From IMG/VR virus record IMGVR_UViG_3300030060_007200: 64,000 nt of DNA; one strand, 5' to 3'. Shown piece after piece: positions 46,547 through 55,848 of the stretch (positions within the stretch are counted from its first letter, which is position 1; each line of letters starts with the position of its first letter). Made by a program: the position numbers and the translations under genes. A model generated the notes under the pieces. That model was given only the letters and a program-made list of their open reading frames with translations. It had not been told where the DNA came from and searched no databases. This DNA is from a virus.

Positions 46547-47454
46547 TTTATCTCGTCCATAAATTTAAGTCTTCTACAAGTGTTATTTCTTTTTAATTCT
46601 AGACAATCTTCTGATATAAAATATTTAATCATATTTTCAAAATGGTCAGCTTTTTCTATTTCAATATTTTTTACATTTCCATTTTTAATAATCTGTATAG
46701 GATTTGTACATTCAGGTGTTCTAGAAAATGCTCGTTGAAGTTTTAGTACCTCATCTTCACAACTTATTGTTATTTCATTTCTATATGCCTGGCCAAATCC
46801 AAAATTTATATTGGCTATAGAATCCATATATGTAAAACATATTGTACCTCTTTCTATTACCTCAGACTCAATACATGTAAATGTATGGCCTTCAGGTGTG
46901 TCTCCTAATATCCTATAAACAAAACTTAAAGGATATATAAGTGAGTCGTGTATTGAACCACCGCCTAGCTTCTTTGAATATCTTATATCATTTTCATTTG
47001 CAAAATAAGGAAAACAGAAAGTTGCATCGATATGTTTAACATCACCCATATCTTTTAATAATTCATCTATTTTATTATGTACTGGGTGGAATTCATACAT
47101 CAACGCCTCCATACATTTTAAGCCTTTTTGCTTTGCTATGTTAAATAATTCTACAGCTTCTATTGTTGATGTTGTAAAGGTTTTTTCCATAAGAAGATGC
47201 TTTCCTGATAATAAAACTTTTTTGCCCCATTCGTAGTGAAGAGCAGGTGGCAATGAAACATATATTATATCTACGTCACTTTTTAATAACTCATCGTATG
47301 TATATGGGTTTGTATAATATTCAAATCCCCAATCGATTGCTTTGTTAATATCTCTTGACGCTACACCATAAAGCGTTAAATCTTTTACTTTTTTTATTGC
47401 AGGGATTACACATCTCTTTGCAATTGATGAACAACCTAAAATTCCTATTTTCAT
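46543..47454 (-). CDS. Gfo/Idh/MocA oxidoreductase (NDP-hexose 3-ketoreductase-like)
   Basis: IGILGCSSIA.R, YVSLP..LH.EW, HLLMEK and DIRY..KLGGG. Confidence 0.85.
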   Translation of the reverse strand: MKIGILGCSSIAKRCVIPAIKKVKDLTLYGVASRDINKAIDWGFEYYTNPYTYDELLKSDVDIIYVSLPPALHYEWGKKVLLSGKHLLMEKTFTTSTIEAVELFNIAKQKGLKCMEALMYEFHPVHNKIDELLKDMGDVKHIDATFCFPYFANENDIRYSKKLGGGSIHDSLIYPLSFVYRILGDTPEGHTFTCIESEVIERGTICFTYMDSIANINFGFGQAYRNEITISCEDEVLKLQRAFSRTPECTNPIQIIKNGNVKNIEIEKADHFENMIKYFISEDCLELKRNNTCRRLKFMDEIK

Positions 47455-47455
47455 T

Positions 47456-48199
47456 TTAACAATGTGCTATAATACTTCTTAAGCAATGACCTACCCAAGC
47501 ATCTTGCTTACAGCATTCCTTTATTTGATGTAAACTCATCCAAATAAAATTGTCGTTAACTAAATCAATTTCACAATCAACTTCAACAATCATATTTAGA
47601 TTTCTTTTATTATATAATCTACCTCCATCTTCAGCAAGCCATTTTTTGTAAATTACATTGTATTTATCGTCCTGAAAATATTCAAGATAATTAGGTGTGT
47701 TACCTAAATGTGCTTTTTTAATATTACTAAATGTAGCTTGAAGTGTAGGACTTATTTGTACCATATTAGGATTACCTGGTTCACATTTTGCCTCAACCAA
47801 ATAATGAGGTACACCTTCAAATCTTTTTCTTAATACTCCTAAAATACCACCATCCCATCCTGTCTGCTTTACAATAGGCTGGTCCCAACCTCCTTTGCAT
47901 TCACGAACATCAGTTGAAACTCTTAATCCTAATATAGAAAAGAACTCTCCGCTATCATGAAATATTTTTTCGCCATCAATATTCCATTTTTCACATTCGC
48001 TCAAAGATATTTCCTCGACAGTCATTTGTTTTTTATTGATGATATTTTTATACCATTTTTCAATTTGCTCAAACGTATGAAATAAAGACCAATCATTGAG
48101 AGACTCAAAGTTAAATTCAAGTGTATTTATATCAGTATCTATTCCTAACTTTGCAACCTCATTTTTATATTCTGAAAATTTTTCCTTGTATGTTTTCAT
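47456..48199 (-). CDS. NDP-hexose 2,3-dehydratase family protein (single domain)
   Basis: HDSGEFFSILG, WDQPI, AKCEPGN...QISPTLQAT.SN and EDGGRLYNKRN.NMIVE. Confidence 0.85.
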   Translation of the reverse strand: MKTYKEKFSEYKNEVAKLGIDTDINTLEFNFESLNDWSLFHTFEQIEKWYKNIINKKQMTVEEISLSECEKWNIDGEKIFHDSGEFFSILGLRVSTDVRECKGGWDQPIVKQTGWDGGILGVLRKRFEGVPHYLVEAKCEPGNPNMVQISPTLQATFSNIKKAHLGNTPNYLEYFQDDKYNVIYKKWLAEDGGRLYNKRNLNMIVEVDCEIDLVNDNFIWMSLHQIKECCKQDAWVGHCLRSIIAHC

Positions 48200-48876
48200 A
48201 TATTATATCCAAAGTGATTAAGACATGGGATAAGATTTACAAATAATAAATCTAAATCAATATCATGAGTCTTAAAAAAACCATTATATACTTCGTCTCG
48301 CCTTTTATACATTTCAAATTGTTTTTTATCTAAGCCTTTATATCTTCTTGCTTGAAAATTATTTCTGTATCTAGATGTAAAGTTTTTCATATCATCAATA
48401 TATTTAATACCAATAAACTCACATGCAGATTTTACTGTACCTTCAAAGTCATTTAACATGTTTTCTAATTTTACAAGAAAAATTCTATCAGGATAGTTTT
48501 CTTTTATATAGTGATGTATTGTTTGCATCCATATAATATCATCTAAACAACCTTGAAATGTAGCATCATCAGATATTCCGTTGCAGTCATTGCCAGGTTG
48601 ACCTCGATATATTTTTGACATTGCACAGTCACGTAAATCTCTAATTGTCCAAAGTATTTTTAATTCTTTTTCAGAATCTAAAAGATTTTTAACCTGTCTT
48701 AAATTGTCTATATAAACTGTATCTGTTTTGCTTAAATAATTCTTTGTTATCGAACCTCTTCTAAACACCTGTTTATCTTCTGCTATAGATGTCGCTGTTA
48801 ATTCTTTTGTTGCTCGAAGAGTTTCCAAAAGCATATTTGTACCTGTCCTACCACAACTTACTATCAATGCACTCAT
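48196..48876 (-). CDS. Sulfotransferase-fold protein
   Basis: GRTGTNML, IRDLRD..MS and VKLE. Confidence 0.7.
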   Translation of the reverse strand: MSALIVSCGRTGTNMLLETLRATKELTATSIAEDKQVFRRGSITKNYLSKTDTVYIDNLRQVKNLLDSEKELKILWTIRDLRDCAMSKIYRGQPGNDCNGISDDATFQGCLDDIIWMQTIHHYIKENYPDRIFLVKLENMLNDFEGTVKSACEFIGIKYIDDMKNFTSRYRNNFQARRYKGLDKKQFEMYKRRDEVYNGFFKTHDIDLDLLFVNLIPCLNHFGYNI

Positions 48877-49793
48877 ATCAATTCCTTTTTTATAGTTTTA
48901 ATAACATCATCATGTTTTATTTTACTTACACCTAAATTATTTTTTTCAACAAAAATTACATTTGAATTTTTATTTATTGGTGTTACAGAAGATGGATTTT
49001 TATAGTGACCAGGAAGCCAATATGTTTCAAGAGTTATACCAGGATGTTGGTACGCACCCATAACCCATATAGGTCCTGTACTAGATGCGATATAAAAATC
49101 AGATGCCAAAGCAGCTTTTATCTGCTGGAAAAATGACATGTATGTAAGTTTTTTATACGATTTAGAATCATGTAGTCTAGGTTCGCTATCCAATCCATAA
49201 TGAAACACTGTATATCCTTCAGCAATAAGTTTTGATATTAAACCTTGCCACCATTCTTTTGTCGGACATCTTCCAGCTTCTTTTCCATTTCCTGTAAAAG
49301 GCCAAATGGCAATATTTTTATTGAAATAATTTAATTTTATATTATTGTTTTTACTGTATGTACCTTGTATTGTATTTTCTATTCCTACATCAAACCACTT
49401 TTCTAATTTTGGCTTCATCTCATCTTCTGTCAATACTTCCTTCATGTCATATATTCCATGCATGTGTGCAGTTTCTTCTACAAGATTGTAGTTATTAAAC
49501 CAATCAGAAGAAGAGTGTTTATCATTTCGTGCATCATCAACTACTATATCACATTCAGACATAAGTTTTTTATCACCTTCACCATTAAACTCTCCCCAAC
49601 CTTCTGATATTTTTATTTTATCTATAAGAGGATGGTTCAGAAATAACGGAGCAATAAATGATACTTTTCTTTCTATTGGCCATACTTTGTAACTACCAGG
49701 ATATTTTTTTTCAAAATATAATAATGTAGGTAAAGCACATATAGTGTCACCAATTAAACCACCCATCGTTGTCCATATTTTTTTATTCATCAC
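48873..49793 (-). CDS. Glycosyltransferase, GT9-like
   Basis: GLIGD.I.ALP.L, NHPLID and STGP.W..GA. Confidence 0.7.
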   Translation of the reverse strand: MMNKKIWTTMGGLIGDTICALPTLLYFEKKYPGSYKVWPIERKVSFIAPLFLNHPLIDKIKISEGWGEFNGEGDKKLMSECDIVVDDARNDKHSSSDWFNNYNLVEETAHMHGIYDMKEVLTEDEMKPKLEKWFDVGIENTIQGTYSKNNNIKLNYFNKNIAIWPFTGNGKEAGRCPTKEWWQGLISKLIAEGYTVFHYGLDSEPRLHDSKSYKKLTYMSFFQQIKAALASDFYIASSTGPIWVMGAYQHPGITLETYWLPGHYKNPSSVTPINKNSNVIFVEKNNLGVSKIKHDDVIKTIKKELI

Positions 49794-50421
49794 TTACCGT
49801 TTTGCAATTCTTAAATAAATCAAAGTTTCTTAAATCTGGATAATATGGTTCATTTTCATATGAATCAATATTTGGTATATCCTCTTTGTTTGTAGGGTAG
49901 TTTGCCATAAGAGTCAAGCCTCTTGCAGCTTGTTCAGGTGTCATATACGCATTCCATCCTATTGATTTTATATTGTCTTCATGCATTACAACTTCGTTTC
50001 TACCTTCGTATCGTGCCTGCTTTGCAAATGTAACAAGTTCTTTGTCGTCTGTTAAAATCATACCTCCTTTACCTATAGGCAGGTGTTTTTTGATATGAAA
50101 CGAAAGACACATAATAGAACCTTTGATATACATATTTGATGTTAATCTTTTTGCAGCATCCCAAAGCGGATAAGGTTCTAGTTGATAAATACCTTTCCAT
50201 TCATAATCTCTAAACTTTACAGTTCCGCCAACATGCATTATGGATTGAGGTACAGATAGATATGTTCTAGGTGGTATTGTTACCTCTTCAACATTAAGAT
50301 ACTTTGCTGATATCATTAATGCGTCGGTACAGCTATCGGTAGCTATCGCGTATTTAGAACCGCAATAATCTGCCATAGTCTCTTCAAACATTTTTACTAT
50401 TTTATATGGATTGTGTCTCAT
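49783..50421 (-). CDS. DegT/DnrJ/EryC1/StrS aminotransferase (short form)
   Basis: FE...A.Y.G.KYA.A..S.T.AL, DAA and SFHIKKHL.IG.GG. Confidence 0.85.
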   Translation of the reverse strand: MRHNPYKIVKMFEETMADYCGSKYAIATDSCTDALMISAKYLNVEEVTIPPRTYLSVPQSIMHVGGTVKFRDYEWKGIYQLEPYPLWDAAKRLTSNMYIKGSIMCLSFHIKKHLPIGKGGMILTDDKELVTFAKQARYEGRNEVVMHEDNIKSIGWNAYMTPEQAARGLTLMANYPTNKEDIPNIDSYENEPYYPDLRNFDLFKNCKTVSDE

Positions 50422-50632
50422 CTTTACCTTCTGGAAAAACCTCAATACATAAAACATTTTCATCGTTAACCATAATCATAGTACCATCACTACATTCAAA
50501 CTTTGAAAACTGTCCTTGTTTTAAGCTGTCTGTTCTTATACCGTGAAATGTTCTTTTTACACCTCCTACAAAGTGTATTATCTGAGTAACATATTCACCT
50601 TTCTCTATTATTGTTGACTTTAGGTTTATCAT
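50402..50632 (-). CDS. Hypothetical protein
   Basis: ORF after the promoter motif at ~50650. Confidence 0.5.
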   Translation of the reverse strand: MINLKSTIIEKGEYVTQIIHFVGGVKRTFHGIRTDSLKQGQFSKFECSDGTMIMVNDENVLCIEVFPEGKDETQSI

Positions 50633-50678
50633 TTTATTTCCTTTATATCTAATATAACAAATTTTTCCGACATTTGTA

Positions 50679-51386
50679 TCATAAATTTATCTGAATATGA
50701 GGAGGCTGACCAACCAAATTTGCCTCGTTATCTTTATTAAACTTCATCTTAACATTTTTCCAAGGTTCGCTTCTTAATACATAAACATTAAGCCTTCCAT
50801 ATCGAGTAGGCATGGTACCGTGATGTAATATACCAAAAGCCATCTGGCCTAAAAATTCATCAAAGTTTGTTTTATTATATATTAAACCAGGATAAAATGT
50901 ATTATGCTGCATATCTATTTGAGGATATGTTAAATAAAATATACCTCCTTCGACTAACATTTTTTTAGATTCTAAAAAGAAATTATATGGATTGCATAAA
51001 TGTTCAAATGTTTCAAAGCTAAGAAGCACATCTTGTTTTTCTTTTACCTTTTCTGAAAATTTGTCATAGTCAAAATCAGCTTGAATAAACTCAAAAGGTA
51101 ATTTTTGATAATTAGGTAGTTTTTCATCATTAAAATCATATCCATCCATACCTATAACTTTATTACTTTTATCTAGTCTTGAAATTATTCCACCTGGTCC
51201 ACATCCTAAATCACAAATTTTTTGATTGTGAATTAAATTTAGTTTTAACATCTCAACTGTATCATCAAATCTTTTTTGATGTACCTCTTCATAATAATCA
51301 GGGTGCATACCTAATTCTTTTTTATGGTCTTGTGCTGTATAAAATAGTTCAAAGCCTGCTTTTGTATCGTCTTTACTCCAACTCAT
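50679..51386 (-). CDS. Class I SAM-dependent methyltransferase
   Basis: ICDLGCGPG, GMD, FETFEHL.NP and L..GG. Confidence 0.85.
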   Translation of the reverse strand: MSWSKDDTKAGFELFYTAQDHKKELGMHPDYYEEVHQKRFDDTVEMLKLNLIHNQKICDLGCGPGGIISRLDKSNKVIGMDGYDFNDEKLPNYQKLPFEFIQADFDYDKFSEKVKEKQDVLLSFETFEHLCNPYNFFLESKKMLVEGGIFYLTYPQIDMQHNTFYPGLIYNKTNFDEFLGQMAFGILHHGTMPTRYGRLNVYVLRSEPWKNVKMKFNKDNEANLVGQPPHIQINL

Positions 51387-52000
51387 TATATTCTCCAAAT
51401 GGTTTTATCATAGTTAATTTCTTTATTTTGTTCTTTTATTTTATCAAAAAATCTTTCACCTACCCACCAATCTTCCCAAGGCTCCCATATACTATTTCCT
51501 TGTTTGTCATATTTTTCAGTACCTTTTGTAAGTACATTTTCAAAAATCATTTTATATCCTGCATCGTGTAATATTTTTATTGATTCTGATTTTCTATATT
51601 TTGACTCTTCTTCTCCATTATATATGTCATGTTCAAAAGTCATAAAATCAAATGTATATCCACTTGAAATTAAAAGTTTAAGACAAGGTATTGATGCCTC
51701 ATCCACATCAAGAGAAATATAATTAAAATGCTTTGTAGGTATTATATTTCTTAAATCAATAATAAAATTAGAAACAGTTACATCAGATTGTATACAAGGA
51801 TTTCTCCTAGGTGATTCGTTAAATAATTTCACCCATCTTTCTTGATAGTCAACCGAAACACCTTTCCAGCCTAACCATTCCAATGCTGCTGAATTGTTTC
51901 CTTCAAATGGATGGTGGCTACCTAAATCTAGGTACGTACCTCGCCCACCAATTAGTTGGTGTGCACATCTATCTTGATATTCTTTCGAGTAATAATTCAT
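51386..52000 (-). CDS. FkbM/Methyltransf_21-like methyltransferase
   Basis: QD, GTYLDLGS..P..GNNS..LE..GWKG, YISLDVD and TFEHD. Confidence 0.8.
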   Translation of the reverse strand: MNYYSKEYQDRCAHQLIGGRGTYLDLGSHHPFEGNNSAALEWLGWKGVSVDYQERWVKLFNESPRRNPCIQSDVTVSNFIIDLRNIIPTKHFNYISLDVDEASIPCLKLLISSGYTFDFMTFEHDIYNGEEESKYRKSESIKILHDAGYKMIFENVLTKGTEKYDKQGNSIWEPWEDWWVGERFFDKIKEQNKEINYDKTIWRI

Positions 52001-52805
52001 TTGCCCACTCCTTGCGTGTTAATTTTTTTACTTTATCAGTTCCTTGTTTAGATATTTTATTTCTTAATTTTTCATTTTCTAAATAGTAAGCAATCTTTTC
52101 TTGTAAATCTGAAATATCATTGTAAATTACAAGATGCTTTCCATCAACCAAACCTGTTAATTCTCTACCTTCCCAATCATCTGTTAATAGAAAGCCTCCT
52201 GCCGCCAATATTTTATATATTCTATCAGATGCACAATTATCTGTACACATATTCAGATTTATCCTTGATTTTCCTACCTCTATTGAATGTTGTATACCGT
52301 ATGCCGATGAAATTATTTTCACGTTATTTAAGCGCTCTAACACACTGCTTCTATTACCATACACATTACCAATAAATGAAATATCGTATTGCTTTTTAAC
52401 ATTTTGTATAAAATCAGCGGACTCGTCATATCCTTCGCAAAGATAAAAACTATTCTTGTTAAATTTTTTTGCAATGTTCAAAGTTTTTATTTTATCAAAA
52501 TATGCAATATCACTAAAATGTGTTTTCATAGCCATTTCTGATGTATATGTTTTTGCTGGGTCCATAAACCAGAATATAATTTTTTTATTATTTTCTTTTA
52601 ATTTTTTCATTGTATATTGAGATATACCATTTCCTTTTGAAAGTAAAATAATATCATAATCTTTTATTTTTTGTAGCTCAATATTAAAATTAGAAATTGA
52701 CCTATAAGGAAATTCATCGACAGTATGTCCTAAAGACCTTATGCAGTCTCTTTGAGAATTATTTGTTGAGCCTTCAGTAAAAACTCCTATAAATAATATT
52801 TTCAT
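51969..52805 (-). CDS. Glycosyltransferase (CgeB/Glyco_trans_1_2-like)
   Basis: YDISFIG, SRINLN, SDRIY..LAAGGFLLTD and YYLENE..R..I. Confidence 0.85.
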   Translation of the reverse strand: MKILFIGVFTEGSTNNSQRDCIRSLGHTVDEFPYRSISNFNIELQKIKDYDIILLSKGNGISQYTMKKLKENNKKIIFWFMDPAKTYTSEMAMKTHFSDIAYFDKIKTLNIAKKFNKNSFYLCEGYDESADFIQNVKKQYDISFIGNVYGNRSSVLERLNNVKIISSAYGIQHSIEVGKSRINLNMCTDNCASDRIYKILAAGGFLLTDDWEGRELTGLVDGKHLVIYNDISDLQEKIAYYLENEKLRNKISKQGTDKVKKLTRKEWANELLLERISR

Positions 52806-53626
52806 AATTCTGAGTTAATTGTGTCTAATGTGTTACTAACCTTTTCTTCAAGAAAGTCGATTAGCTCTATACCTTTATACTTACCAAACCAATCTTCATA
52901 TGTACATCCAACTCTATTATCTGTTTTTAGTTTAAGACCAAGCATTCTAGCCTCAATTACCAATCTACAGCAAGTTTCAACAGCATGAGAAAAGAATACA
53001 ATACCTTCGTATTCTGACATTACTTTTATTAAATCTTTCCATTGATAACTTTTAAGATAATCAAAATCTATTTTTTGAGTTTCACAAAGTTGTATTGCCT
53101 TATTACTTCGTTTTCCTGGTACAACACACCACTTACCATTTTTGTTTTCTTTGTATGAATTTCTTATATGGTCAAATTGTTTTTGAGAAAATTGCGTACA
53201 GCCAAGAGATTCTACGTTTGTTAAATCTATATGAGAAAGTAAAAGTTGTGCAGAGTGTTTGCTTAAGCAAAAAACTTTATTTGCTGAACTATAAAATTCT
53301 TTATTTACAACTCTAGAAGGTGGTGCAATAAAACCAGGGTACATTACTGTATTTCTAGAATCAACATATTTTTGGTCTCGTTCGATAATAATATAATTTA
53401 CATCTGAGTTTACAAACCAATTTTTATTTTGAGGTGAAAGAAATACAAAGTTAGAAATTATAAAAGTATCAGCCTTATGTATGGTCGGGTCAAATGTACG
53501 ACTTTGAACAGTTTTTATATTATGCCCTTCTTTTGTTAAAAAATTTATTACTACCTCGTCTGAAAGTTCTGCACCTCCTAATATATTATCTATAAAGAAG
53601 TCAGAAATGTATATTATGTTTTTCAT
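52802..53626 (-). CDS. Glycosyltransferase, GT-B fold
   Basis: GGAEL and ETCCRLVIEARMLG. Confidence 0.7.
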   Translation of the reverse strand: MKNIIYISDFFIDNILGGAELSDEVVINFLTKEGHNIKTVQSRTFDPTIHKADTFIISNFVFLSPQNKNWFVNSDVNYIIIERDQKYVDSRNTVMYPGFIAPPSRVVNKEFYSSANKVFCLSKHSAQLLLSHIDLTNVESLGCTQFSQKQFDHIRNSYKENKNGKWCVVPGKRSNKAIQLCETQKIDFDYLKSYQWKDLIKVMSEYEGIVFFSHAVETCCRLVIEARMLGLKLKTDNRVGCTYEDWFGKYKGIELIDFLEEKVSNTLDTINSEL

Positions 53627-54078
53627 TATTTGTCCTCTGGTACGTCTCTATCGAATTCATAGTCTACAAGAGTGACCATTCCCATACTATTAAATAGTAA
53701 AGTTCGATATGAGTTGTTATATAACCTTTTTAAGTCTCGTTTTAATGTTCCCATATAAAATCTTTGAGATGATTGTTCCATAATTAGTTTTGGAATATCC
53801 AATCCTCGTTTTTTATATTTAGGTATTATTCGTATACCTGTTTCTTCAGCCAAGTCCTGGAATTTTATTACTGAAAATTCGTTAAGACTTAATACGTGAA
53901 CCTTTCCAACATAAAGTGGATTAAGAACCAAGAACATATATTGTTTTTTAGAACCATCATTTCTTTTATACAGATTACTTATTACCATACCTTTTTGTAA
54001 ATCATTTTTTGGTATGATTATTCGAGACTGCATTTTCATTAAATGCTGATTGTAAAAATTTGCTCTTGGTGTTGCCAT
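53626..54078 (-). CDS. Hypothetical protein (weak resemblance to T4 gp2 DNA end protector)
   Basis: LVLN...H.L.L and SYRT; low confidence. Confidence 0.35.
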   Translation of the reverse strand: MATPRANFYNQHLMKMQSRIIIPKNDLQKGMVISNLYKRNDGSKKQYMFLVLNPLYVGKVHVLSLNEFSVIKFQDLAEETGIRIIPKYKKRGLDIPKLIMEQSSQRFYMGTLKRDLKRLYNNSYRTLLFNSMGMVTLVDYEFDRDVPEDK

Positions 54079-54575
54079 TATATGTTACCTAATGCGAATC
54101 CTTTTACTTTTTTACAAGCTTCGAGATAGCTTACAAAATATTCTGCCTTTTCCATATTTACTTTAGAATTAAAATCGCCTTGTGCATATTCACGAAGTTC
54201 TTCTTCTGTTAAATCACTGACAGGAGCATAGCACCATTTTATTTGATGGTCGCCGGTAGTCTCACCTGTCGATGCGTCTTTTAATTGTACAGTACCAACA
54301 GGAAAAACCATACATTCCATAGTTTGTATTGTTGCAGGGTACCAATAAGACTCACCATCGTCATGTCTTAAGTCCTTGATTATATCAGGCATACCTTCTT
54401 CATATTTACTTATATCAAAATCTGGATGTTTTTTGTAATTTAGTGGATATTCGTTTGTATAATATCCTGAACTTAAATCCATTTTTGATTCTCCGTTTTT
54501 ATCATCGTTTTCACAAAGAACCATTTCTCTTCCTGTTATCGGGCTTTTTTCCCATACGTCTACTTTTTTATTCAT
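54078..54575 (-). CDS. Hypothetical protein
   Basis: ORF track. Confidence 0.5.
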   Translation of the reverse strand: MNKKVDVWEKSPITGREMVLCENDDKNGESKMDLSSGYYTNEYPLNYKKHPDFDISKYEEGMPDIIKDLRHDDGESYWYPATIQTMECMVFPVGTVQLKDASTGETTGDHQIKWCYAPVSDLTEEELREYAQGDFNSKVNMEKAEYFVSYLEACKKVKGFALGNI

Positions 54576-55848
54576 ATGTCTGTAACTCCTCTAAATTAGG
54601 TACCTCAAAATCTTCAACAGATGCTGCAGGTAGATATTTTTCTAATATATTTTCAAATTGACTAGTCATAACATCTAATGTGAAATTATCTTTCATATAC
54701 TTTGTCTGCTTTCTTGTTTTTTCTAAATACTTTTTATAGTTTTTATATACATCTCTAATCACACCTGATGCGTATTGATAATTAACATAAAACCATTGTG
54801 AGTCTTCCTGAATAACTTCCTTCCAAACAGTTGATTTGTGAACCTGTTTTAATTCACCTGGTAACATTATACCATTTTGTTTGATAAAATCAACATGACC
54901 TGACCAATCTGAAACAATTACTGGCTTTCCTGTAATTGAAAACTCTGCTAGCGGTCTACCATAACCTTCACCGTGTGTAAATGATACCATTGCTTTAACC
55001 TTTGGATGGTTATATAATGAATTCATTTCAGAATCAGTTAGATTACCCCAAACTAAATATATATTAGGTATTTTTGTTTTAGCATCCTGAAATGGAGCGG
55101 TAACATCTTTTATTTTCTGTATAACATTATTTCTTTCAGTAACACTAAATCCTATACCTGTTTTTAATATAATACCTGGTATGTTCTTTTGTGATTTATT
55201 TTTGAAACTTGTAATAATTGTATGAAGTGTACCTCCTATATCTTTTCTATCATGTGTAAATCCACCATTCATCCAGTGGCCACAAATAAGAAAGTTAAAA
55301 TCTTCTTTTATAGAAGAAAGTTGCTTTTCGATTTTAGGCTCTATTTTATCTGTCTTGTTAAAAACAGATGTGTCGATACCTTCCATCAAAATTTCTATAG
55401 GTTTATTCAAAGCCAGTGTCTCTACAACCTCTCCTGTTTGTTGATTCATTTTATCATAGGTACATGTAAATCCTCTAACTGAATGCTCTGAAGGTACGAT
55501 GTTCATATCCATTCTGTTCATACCTTCTAACCATTGAGGTGATACTCTATCAGTTTCAATACCTGCAGTAATACCTATATTGTATTTACCTGCTCTCATA
55601 AACTCATTAGGTACAGTAACTTGAATCCAAATGTCAGGTTCTTGTTGAATTGGTTGTGTTGCTATCAATTCCATTATATCACTATCATTTTCAGTTAGTG
55701 CATCTTTAGGACAATTACCCCATCTTTGGTCGATTATTTTTATATCGTATTTATTCATTTTAATCAAACTTCTGATTAAATCTCTACTATGGTTTCCGTA
55801 ACCACTTCTTGATGTTGACGGACAACTAATAACTATTGTTTGTTTCAT
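54568..55848 (-). CDS. Glycosyltransferase family 4
   Basis: SGYG.HSR, RKD and HGEGYGRPLAEF..TGKPVI...WSGH.DF. Confidence 0.9.
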   Translation of the reverse strand: MKQTIVISCPSTSRSGYGNHSRDLIRSLIKMNKYDIKIIDQRWGNCPKDALTENDSDIMELIATQPIQQEPDIWIQVTVPNEFMRAGKYNIGITAGIETDRVSPQWLEGMNRMDMNIVPSEHSVRGFTCTYDKMNQQTGEVVETLALNKPIEILMEGIDTSVFNKTDKIEPKIEKQLSSIKEDFNFLICGHWMNGGFTHDRKDIGGTLHTIITSFKNKSQKNIPGIILKTGIGFSVTERNNVIQKIKDVTAPFQDAKTKIPNIYLVWGNLTDSEMNSLYNHPKVKAMVSFTHGEGYGRPLAEFSITGKPVIVSDWSGHVDFIKQNGIMLPGELKQVHKSTVWKEVIQEDSQWFYVNYQYASGVIRDVYKNYKKYLEKTRKQTKYMKDNFTLDVMTSQFENILEKYLPAASVEDFEVPNLEELQTYE

